IMG/VR virus record: IMGVR_UViG_3300028840_002499
Coordinates: 1-62,806 of that record
Strand: one strand, 5' to 3'
Length of the DNA stretch: 62,806 bases
Source of the DNA: a virus
Lineage: Duplodnaviria > Caudoviricetes
The notes beneath the pieces are model-generated. The model was not told the DNA's origin. It was given only the letters and a program-made list of their open reading frames with translations, and made no database searches. A program made the translations under genes and the position numbers. The number at the start of each line of letters is the position of its first letter. Position 1 is the first letter of the stretch. This document shows, piece after piece, positions 55,551 to 62,806 of the stretch.

Positions 55551-57472
55551 TAGAAACTCTCCAATAATTCATACTCTCCGTTTGTACCGCGGGCATAAAC
55601 AGTAAAATTGTCAACATTGTTATTAATTGACCCAGAATACACCCCATGCTTTGCAGAGACAGGCAAATTGTCATTGATTACTGCTGCTCCAATAAGCACA
55701 TCATCATAATATACACGTGCATTTTGCCCATCAAGAATTAATCTCATTTCTTTACCAGCTCCATAAACTGCACCAACAATAAGCAGATTATTTTGAACAC
55801 CGGCAATTCTCTCAGTGAGTATTACGTTCCCTCCAGAATGATATACAAACAAATAATTCAAAGTATCTGTGTATCTTGCGGTTATTCCAATAGCACCAGC
55901 AGAGCGAGTTAATTCGCCGGTTATAATTACATCATTTGACTTGCAATCAATTGCTGCAATCGATCTACTGCCATCAAGAAATGAGCAATGCAATGTATTT
56001 GCATCATAATCAAATGCTCCAATCATCTGTTCCCATTTCAATCCATCACCGCCAGCTCCAATCCCGCCAGCAATGCCCTCAGCGTGGCCTAACCCATCGC
56101 TTTCAAAGGATTCGTTCATCTTCCACCATGACCACGTTCCTGTACCAAATGTGTCGTTGAGCCATTGCTCTGTCATGGTGCCTGCATCTAAATGAGCGTG
56201 AATATCTGCCATTTGTGCAGGAGTTACCACGATGCCATAAAATAAAAGCGCATTGGAAAGCCAACCAGAAAAACTGTTTAGTGGCGTATTATTAGCTGCA
56301 CCAATAACGGTATTAGCAACATTTAAATTACCAGCCCACACTCCAGCGTTAACTGAGGGAGATCCAGCAATTTCACTACCCTCAATATAAACCCTAGATT
56401 GATTATCTGTGTCCGAACAAGTAATACCAACTGTGAATTCATTTAGTGATCCAGCTAGTATATTAGAAGTGTCTGATGATAGTACACCACCTGCTCGATA
56501 AGCAGCAGATATCGAATTAACAGCATTATTTTTGAAAACATAAATCTCATTATTAGCGTCTACATAGAGTCTAACAATACCCCTAATTACTCCATCGTTC
56601 CAAACCGCAGCAGACGGAATACGACACCGTACAATAATAGACGCTTCCTGTCCATTAAATTTGTTATTAAGATCAGCAGAGTAGATGTCACAATAAGAAT
56701 TAACCCCATCAAAAAACGCTTTCCTGGCATCCCCGCCCAGGCCCACCCGCACGTAATCGCCATCGTTCACGCTCCCATAATCCACCGCATCCGGTTCGTT
56801 CGTGGAGGCAAAGCCATCACTGAGGAGGGGCGCGGGGAGCCAGAGTTTTTGGGGAATGGTAACCTCATCCATACTCATAACATTAATGTTTGAAATAGTA
56901 GGAAAAACAGATGCAGTATTATTTATTGCAGAAATATATAATAATTTCCAACCATTTCCGCTTTCATTATAAAAATGAAATGCACCTGTTTCTCGCAATA
57001 AAACGGCAAATGAATAATAGTATAATGGGTTTACTGTTGCCACATTTTGATTTAATAGACCTCCACTATCGTAGGCCCGAAGATTAATACCTGCTGATCT
57101 AAGACTGTTTACTCCTGGTGTTGATGCCGTATCCAAGTCAAACCCAAAATAACTACTAGATGTAAAATCGCTGATAATATCTTTAAATATAATAAACCGC
57201 CCCGCCTGTCTGGTAATTGCGTCATACCAAATCCCAGGATCGCCATTAATGGCAGTTACACCCAAAGATAATCTGCCATTACCAATATCCATTTTATTGA
57301 TGGTATCCGTGACCGTTCTGGTTCCAGGCCCAGGTTCAGCAGCAGTGCCATTCACCGCACCTGGCAAGCGTGGAGTCAAGAATAAATCTCGCAGCCTATA
57401 GCCAATACGAGGTACACGGTTATGGATGCTCTTGAGTGTGCTTTTAGGTAGATTAGATCTTAAGACACCCAT
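55550..57472 (-). CDS. LamG-domain virion fibre, paralog B
   Basis: Shares conserved blocks with 57475..59388. Confidence 0.65.
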   Translation of the reverse strand: MGVLRSNLPKSTLKSIHNRVPRIGYRLRDLFLTPRLPGAVNGTAAEPGPGTRTVTDTINKMDIGNGRLSLGVTAINGDPGIWYDAITRQAGRFIIFKDIISDFTSSSYFGFDLDTASTPGVNSLRSAGINLRAYDSGGLLNQNVATVNPLYYYSFAVLLRETGAFHFYNESGNGWKLLYISAINNTASVFPTISNINVMSMDEVTIPQKLWLPAPLLSDGFASTNEPDAVDYGSVNDGDYVRVGLGGDARKAFFDGVNSYCDIYSADLNNKFNGQEASIIVRCRIPSAAVWNDGVIRGIVRLYVDANNEIYVFKNNAVNSISAAYRAGGVLSSDTSNILAGSLNEFTVGITCSDTDNQSRVYIEGSEIAGSPSVNAGVWAGNLNVANTVIGAANNTPLNSFSGWLSNALLFYGIVVTPAQMADIHAHLDAGTMTEQWLNDTFGTGTWSWWKMNESFESDGLGHAEGIAGGIGAGGDGLKWEQMIGAFDYDANTLHCSFLDGSRSIAAIDCKSNDVIITGELTRSAGAIGITARYTDTLNYLFVYHSGGNVILTERIAGVQNNLLIVGAVYGAGKEMRLILDGQNARVYYDDVLIGAAVINDNLPVSAKHGVYSGSINNNVDNFTVYARGTNGEYELLESF

Positions 57473-57474
57473 AA

Positions 57475-59388
57475 TTAAAAACTCTCCAAAAGTTCATACT
57501 CACCGTTTGTACCGCGGGCATAAATAGTGAGATCATCAATCGTATTATCTGCTATCGATGAAAAAGCACCGTGTTTTGTGGAACTGGGGATATCCACATC
57601 AATCACTGCGGTTCCAATCAACACATCATTGTAATAAAGTCGTGCTGCTGTTCCGTCTAGGATCAAACGGATTGGATTACCCGCTCCATAAGCTGCCGCA
57701 ACTAACAATAGATTATTCCTTACCCCAGATACGTATTCGTCAAGAAAGGCATTTGCCCCATTGTGATAAGCCGCAACATAGTTTCCACCTGTAGAATATC
57801 TAGCAACAATCCCAACCTCACCAGCGGAGCGGGTTAAGTTTGCCGATATAATAATGTCTTGCTTTTTTATGTCTGATACAGCCAACGCAGCGGGAGAAGC
57901 CACTGGAGCAACTGTTTCAGTGAAAGAACAATGGAATGTATTTGTCAGATAGTCAAACGCGCCCACCGGTTCATCAAATTTCAGCCCATCACCCCCAGAG
58001 CCGATCCCACCCGCGATCCCTTCCGCGTGTCCCTCTCCGTCTGATGTAAAGCTCTCATTCAGTTTCCACCATGACCAATTGTTTATACCAAATTCGCTGT
58101 CCAGGATTTGTTCGGTAAGTGTTCCCGCGTCCAGGTGGGTGTGGATAGTTGCCATTTGAGCAGGGGTTGCGACTACTCCGTAGAGCAAGATGCCATCAGC
58201 AATCCAGCCATCCCAAATTAATCCAGGGCCAATAAAACCAGCCCCAACAACCGTTGAAATAGCCGATAAGTTTCCCGCCCAAACGCCTAGACCATTTTGA
58301 GTTACACCCTCTTGTGAGCCATCTTTAAACGCTTTGAATTCATCAGCAGCAGCAGACCACGTTGAACCGATTGTCATAAATCCTGTGTCTGCGTGTCCAG
58401 CAGTTGCAACAAAATCAACTACGGCCCCAGCCGCATATTGCCATCGCAGAGTACCAGCCGCAGCAGTTTTGTATAATTCCACTGTATTATTTGCATTAAC
58501 TGAAATAGCAAGAATATATCTAGTATTTCCATCAGCCCACACACCAGCAGCAGAAACTCTACCACGAATAATCACTGACCCTTCGGCCCCATCAAATTTA
58601 TTATTCACATCCGCGGAATAAATATCACAATACGAATTCGCCCCATCAAAAAACGCTTTTCTTGCATCACCGCCTAATCCAACTCTAGTTGGCGTTCCAT
58701 CGCTCACACCACCGTAATCGATAACATTCGGAACTGCACCGAAACCGTCCGAGAGTAGGGGAGAGGGCAACCAAAGATCATTTGGAACAATGATATTGTC
58801 AACATTTGAATTTACTGTATTCAAATACCAACCAGGAGTTAAGCTGGCTGTAGAACTATTGTCTGTTATATATTCTAAAACAAAGTTGTTGCTTCCGTTT
58901 GTATCACCTTTCATAAAATGATAAGCACCAGCAGAGCGGAGGAATACCGCCGCGTAATCACTATTTAAAACCGCGGTCGTCAAGATAGAAATCCAACCAG
59001 CAAAATAATTTACAAATACAGATGTACCCGCAATAATAAACCCGTTATTGATATTTCCACTACTGAGCCAGCCTAATGCCAAGACAGTAGGATTAACAAG
59101 ATTTTCAAGTTGAGTAATCATTCCCCTGCCCGGTTCTCTAGTTTGGGCATCATAATAAAAGCTAGAAGCAACGCCAGCATTAAAAAGCTGTAATTTTCCA
59201 TGAATAATACTACAGATATTTAGTAATTCTGATCTTGTGCCAGGCCCAGGTTCTGCGTTTGTACCATTGACTGCCCCTGGTAAGCGAGGAGTTAAGAACA
59301 TATCCCGCAGCTGATAAATGGTGCGAGGTATACGATTGCGAAACCGCTGATCATGCGGTGGTGAGTTTTTACCTTCCAGAATGCCCAT
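57475..59388 (-). CDS. LamG-domain virion fibre, paralog A
   Basis: Identical C-terminus YARGTNGEYELLESF; LamG-like strands. Confidence 0.65.
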   Translation of the reverse strand: MGILEGKNSPPHDQRFRNRIPRTIYQLRDMFLTPRLPGAVNGTNAEPGPGTRSELLNICSIIHGKLQLFNAGVASSFYYDAQTREPGRGMITQLENLVNPTVLALGWLSSGNINNGFIIAGTSVFVNYFAGWISILTTAVLNSDYAAVFLRSAGAYHFMKGDTNGSNNFVLEYITDNSSTASLTPGWYLNTVNSNVDNIIVPNDLWLPSPLLSDGFGAVPNVIDYGGVSDGTPTRVGLGGDARKAFFDGANSYCDIYSADVNNKFDGAEGSVIIRGRVSAAGVWADGNTRYILAISVNANNTVELYKTAAAGTLRWQYAAGAVVDFVATAGHADTGFMTIGSTWSAAADEFKAFKDGSQEGVTQNGLGVWAGNLSAISTVVGAGFIGPGLIWDGWIADGILLYGVVATPAQMATIHTHLDAGTLTEQILDSEFGINNWSWWKLNESFTSDGEGHAEGIAGGIGSGGDGLKFDEPVGAFDYLTNTFHCSFTETVAPVASPAALAVSDIKKQDIIISANLTRSAGEVGIVARYSTGGNYVAAYHNGANAFLDEYVSGVRNNLLLVAAAYGAGNPIRLILDGTAARLYYNDVLIGTAVIDVDIPSSTKHGAFSSIADNTIDDLTIYARGTNGEYELLESF

Positions 59389-59755
59389 TGATAACTCCTA
59401 AGAAAATATAAAGTAGTCCACATCCAGAAAACCAATTGGTAAATGTAAAGCTATCCAAGATCAACAACCAGAGTAAGACAATCCAAGGCCCAAGGCAAAA
59501 GGGACAAGTGACAATCTCACCAGCACTTTTCAAAAGTTTGTTTTTTCTAAGTTCCCATTTCATACGTGTTTCACTGAGGGAGCCAGAAGTAACTAGATTA
59601 GATACATTCTGTGCTTGTTGTCCAGCAGTCTTACCAACTGTCATGCGAAATGCAGAAAAGACCATCAAAGGCCCGTTCTGTTTAGTGACAACATTTGAGA
59701 TGAAGGCACTACCAAGCGATATAAAAATTAGTCGTATTAATAATTCCGAACTCAT
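59369..59755 (-). CDS. DUF1360-like membrane protein
   Basis: 'GP..F..FR', 'TCPFCLG.W'. Confidence 0.7.
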   Translation of the reverse strand: MSSELLIRLIFISLGSAFISNVVTKQNGPLMVFSAFRMTVGKTAGQQAQNVSNLVTSGSLSETRMKWELRKNKLLKSAGEIVTCPFCLGPWIVLLWLLILDSFTFTNWFSGCGLLYIFLGVINGHSGR

Positions 59756-59991
59756 TGTACTTTCGACCTCAAGTCATTTCCATGATCTACATCAGCAAAC
59801 AGTCCAGGTAAATCTTGAAAGTCTACCCAAAATTCTTTTTTGCCAGTTCCAAAACTGTAAACCGTTCCGGTGCCAGTACCAACGAGTTCAACAGTCTTTT
59901 CGTCACCGATGTACTTGACAATATAGAGCCCACCGTTAGACTTGGCTGGCCCTAATTGAGTAGCACCACCTGGACAACTACCACAAGCCAT
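59752..59991 (-). CDS. Hypothetical protein (MACGSC...)
   Basis: Coupled ORF. Confidence 0.55.
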   Translation of the reverse strand: MACGSCPGGATQLGPAKSNGGLYIVKYIGDEKTVELVGTGTGTVYSFGTGKKEFWVDFQDLPGLFADVDHGNDLRSKVQ

Positions 59992-60647
59992 TATCCGTTC
60001 CTTTGTAAATTATTGAAAATCACATCAGCAGCAGCAAATGGAGTTTTAGCTTGTTCTGCCCATCCAGTAACAGGATAATCTTTTCCAGTTTCACCGTCAC
60101 ATGGGTCAAACTCCATAGAGCGAACCCTTTCAAGTTGTTTATCTGCCCACTCAAGTAAAATTTGCATCTGTCCGTCACTTAGCGACGGAGACGCACAAGG
60201 ACATTTGTGAAGTACTGCAGCTTCGATGATATTTATCTTTTTGGCCCATTCGTCAAACTCTGCCCACCATTGGCAATCACAAGCACCAACAGAACGAACA
60301 GCAATAGTGATGTCAACAGCAGTGATATTGAGATAATGCTCTGCAGTCGCAAGTTCACTACCATTCATAGTGCTTATTCTGTACTCATCCAGAGCATTCC
60401 AAGTGACACCATTTCCAGTGATAGTTGTATCTGTAACGGCAGTCACAACTCCATTAGTCCCTTGAGTTATATTGTATAGAACTTGACCGGTTAGAGGTCG
60501 AACACCTTTAGTGATGAAATCCCCATTGACATCGCTTAAAGCAACATCAGCAGGGCCAGCACCCCCATGAACACCTACCAACAAATTGCCAACGCAAAAG
60601 AATGCTCCATACTCCCATGCCTCTGCATACCTCGATTGACAAGTCAT
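59991..60647 (-). CDS. Putative head-tail adaptor
   Basis: Position after the capsid genes; start taken at MTCQSR (GGAG RBS). Confidence 0.5.
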   Translation of the reverse strand: MTCQSRYAEAWEYGAFFCVGNLLVGVHGGAGPADVALSDVNGDFITKGVRPLTGQVLYNITQGTNGVVTAVTDTTITGNGVTWNALDEYRISTMNGSELATAEHYLNITAVDITIAVRSVGACDCQWWAEFDEWAKKINIIEAAVLHKCPCASPSLSDGQMQILLEWADKQLERVRSMEFDPCDGETGKDYPVTGWAEQAKTPFAAADVIFNNLQRNG

Positions 60648-60724
60648 TTTTTGTGCTCCCAAAAAATCTAACCTGTGTTGATCGTGTAGAGTGAAATCGC
60701 CACACGATCAACACAGTAACAAAA

Positions 60725-60934
60725 CTAGTAGCCAACAATACGGTCAGTTGCGTCTGCAATTTCCCGAACCAAAGCATTTTTGACTTCCTGTTTCAACGGA
60801 TGAACATAGTCAGTCAGTTCTTGCATAGATACAAATCCAGCAAGTTCTTTTATGTGCTTTTTTCGAGCAGCATCAGATAAAACGGGTTTATCTTTCTTTT
60901 CAGGTTTCTTTGTAGTTTTCTCTTCTTCTGCCAT
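60725..60934 (-). CDS. Hypothetical protein
   Basis: AGGTG RBS. Confidence 0.55.
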   Translation of the reverse strand: MAEEEKTTKKPEKKDKPVLSDAARKKHIKELAGFVSMQELTDYVHPLKQEVKNALVREIADATDRIVGY

Positions 60935-60944
60935 AATTCACCTA

Positions 60945-61946
60945 CTACGCAGGTCGAGCAATGGTAATACCATTGTCGCCAACTTCTGCCTCGGCAACGT
61001 CCTCAGCCCAATTGCCAACCCAGGAATCAGCAGCACCAGCACGATACCCACCGGCAATGGAATAGTCGCCGGTAAAGGTATTACGATGAACAACGTTGTC
61101 ATCACCAGGGTTAGCAACGATAGAAGTGTTGAGAGTTTGAACCATCGCATAAGCATAGCCTACACTCTGGAACATGCTGTCAACAATTTCAGAACCGTTG
61201 CATGGGAAAATTGCGCCATTGTCACTGTCCCAAAACTTGCAATTCACCACATGATTGCGGTAAGGGATAGCAAGTGGGGTAGTACCAGTGATCAGACCAG
61301 TAGCATCGTTGGCAACATTGTTGAACAACTGGAACGTGCAATTCGTAATCCAAACATCATAGCACCCATGAGTTTCAATCCCATAAAGACCAGTTGTCAG
61401 ACCATCGAAAAGACAATCGTTGATAATAGTGCGTATAGCAATATCATTTGCACCGGTATCAGTGTGACGGAGAACGATACAAGCATCCGTAGTCGGAGCC
61501 AGGAATCGGAAACCTTCAACACGCCAACCAACACAACGAAGGTCAAGACAAGGATCAGTTGCAAGACCGCTATCCCAAGAGATAGCATAGTGAGATGCGC
61601 CAATGCCCTTGATGGTGCAATAGCTTGGCATTTCAGTGTAATCACCAGTGACCACACTTTCAGAGAGACTACCCGACACTATAATAGTCGAGTAGGCCAC
61701 ATCAAGACCAAGTGCCATCCAAGTCTGCAGTTGAGTTACCGCAGCCTGGAGTGTACTAAGTGGATTTTCAGGATCAGTGCCATCTGCTGTTGCACTGGCA
61801 TTAACGTGACCAGGGTCAACGAATAGAACTACACCACCTGCTTGTGAGCGCAATCCTCTTTCGACATCAGACCCAGGTACACCCATTTGACCAGGATACC
61901 AAGGCCGTTGTCTTAATAAAGGAAACGCATTATCAGAATAAACCAT
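60945..61946 (-). CDS. Right-handed beta-helix (pectin-lyase-like) virion protein
   Basis: 'G..PENPL.TLQAAV' cap and Asn/Cys ladders; GGAGG RBS. Confidence 0.65.
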   Translation of the reverse strand: MVYSDNAFPLLRQRPWYPGQMGVPGSDVERGLRSQAGGVVLFVDPGHVNASATADGTDPENPLSTLQAAVTQLQTWMALGLDVAYSTIIVSGSLSESVVTGDYTEMPSYCTIKGIGASHYAISWDSGLATDPCLDLRCVGWRVEGFRFLAPTTDACIVLRHTDTGANDIAIRTIINDCLFDGLTTGLYGIETHGCYDVWITNCTFQLFNNVANDATGLITGTTPLAIPYRNHVVNCKFWDSDNGAIFPCNGSEIVDSMFQSVGYAYAMVQTLNTSIVANPGDDNVVHRNTFTGDYSIAGGYRAGAADSWVGNWAEDVAEAEVGDNGITIARPA

Positions 61947-61957
61947 AGTGCCTCCTG

Positions 61958-62380
61958 TTACAGTCCAACGTTTGATGGTACGAGTAACATAGGTGCAGTG
62001 TCCGGAATCGGAGGTTTGCCACCTTCAAAGGATGAAATCTTTTGACGGAGTACAAGTCTTACAGATTTAGTTGGATCGATAGTTGGATATGCTTGTTGAA
62101 CACCAAGTTCGTCCTCCAGTCTCCAAATTCTTCCTGTAGATGGAGATTCATAGAAAACATAATCCATCAGTTTGGCATCTTCCAGTTCATCTTCGCCAAC
62201 TATTTCTATAAGACCAAGGAAAGCTGCATGTTTTTCACTCCCATGAGGGAAAAAGTCTGCACGTTCCTCAATGTCAACTTCGCCAGATTGAACCTCTAGT
62301 CCAGGTACTAACTTTCGTAGAAGTCGATTCTGTTCCTCTAAATCATTCAAACGTTTTTCTAATTCTTTATTTGTTGCCAT
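61958..62380 (-). CDS. Hypothetical protein
   Basis: GGGAG RBS, after the MCP. Confidence 0.6.
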   Translation of the reverse strand: MATNKELEKRLNDLEEQNRLLRKLVPGLEVQSGEVDIEERADFFPHGSEKHAAFLGLIEIVGEDELEDAKLMDYVFYESPSTGRIWRLEDELGVQQAYPTIDPTKSVRLVLRQKISSFEGGKPPIPDTAPMLLVPSNVGL

Positions 62381-62415
62381 AAGAAGTGCTCCCTTATACT
62401 TGCTACTTCATTAGT

Positions 62416-62806
62416 TTACGGTGCAGTACCAGATGAATAGTACGCCCCACGGAAATCAAATAAGTTACCCTCTGTTCCATCGACATAAGTACCGAAAATG
62501 TCAGACACTTTCAATACAATGTTGCCAGTCTCGAAGTCGCCCACAATCGGGTCAACAGCAGCACCAGCACCAAGCATGGATGTTACAGATTCAACATCTG
62601 ATTTTTTGCGGTAAATCACAGGCCCAGGCATTCCTTGTCGCCGACCCAGAATGAACGGAATCACATTGCTTGTCTTGTAGTTCGCAAACATGTACCAAGG
62701 CAAGTTCGGTGCAGTTCCAGCCATATAAGGGTCTTTGATGGGGATGAAGTTGACCACGTTTTCAGCATTCGTAGCTAACTCTGGCACGAGTTGAGAATTG
62801 AGAATT
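62416..62806 (-). CDS. Major capsid protein, 3' part
   Basis: In frame with 1..899 across the terminal overlap; ends GAYYSSGTAP*. Confidence 0.8.
   Translation of the reverse strand, partial: ILNSQLVPELATNAENVVNFIPIKDPYMAGTAPNLPWYMFANYKTSNVIPFILGRRQGMPGPVIYRKKSDVESVTSMLGAGAAVDPIVGDFETGNIVLKVSDIFGTYVDGTEGNLFDFRGAYYSSGTAP
62663..62806. repeat. Terminal direct repeat (copy 2)
   Basis: Identical to 1-144. Confidence 0.95.

Noticed and set aside
55550-59388. Diversity-generating retroelement (TR/VR) behind the duplicated fibre genes
   Set aside because: No reverse transcriptase ORF; the differences are not adenine-specific and both copies are full genes
60852-61826. 324-aa plus-strand ORF and other antisense ORFs in the track
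   Set aside because: Shadow frames of well-supported opposite-strand genes, with no RBS or motifs
62663-62806. Biological terminal repeat of the virion DNA
   Set aside because: It falls mid-capsid gene and is more simply explained as an assembly overlap
1-62806. tRNA/rRNA genes, transposases, integrase or stop-codon reassignment
   Set aside because: None recognised by eye, and standard-code ORFs tile the genome densely; tRNAscan-SE and HMM searches are needed to confirm absence

Overview
This window is an apparently complete circular genome (about 62.66 kb) of a tailed, siphovirus-like phage; 1-144 is repeated exactly at 62663-62806. The minus strand carries the late genes: terminases, portal, head morphogenesis, protease/scaffold, a major capsid gene spanning the junction, two BNR-repeat tail proteins, a tail chaperone with a probable +1 frameshift, tape measure, LamG fibres and GH25 lysis. 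The plus strand (about 12.4-40.5 kb) is an early/accessory arm built from repeated sigma70 promoter-operator-RBS modules. It encodes RadC, DUF5131, a PAPS-reductase-like protein, a DUF4942 methyltransferase, ERCC4 nuclease, Rad52-like recombinase, ParM-like actin, UvrD and DinG helicases and NADAR. I recognised no integrase, DNA polymerase or primase, which suggests a plasmid-like prophage. The host is plausibly Chloroflexota/Anaerolineae (inference). The main discovery is a phage-borne array of integron-type gene cassettes with attC-like sites at about 30.8-33.0 kb, plus a second attC locus at 19.4-20.0 kb, with no IntI gene. Cassette starts are complementary to their own R'' ends, and several ORFs read through the attC and stop in its L' box. 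All protein calls come from motif recognition by eye, not database searches.
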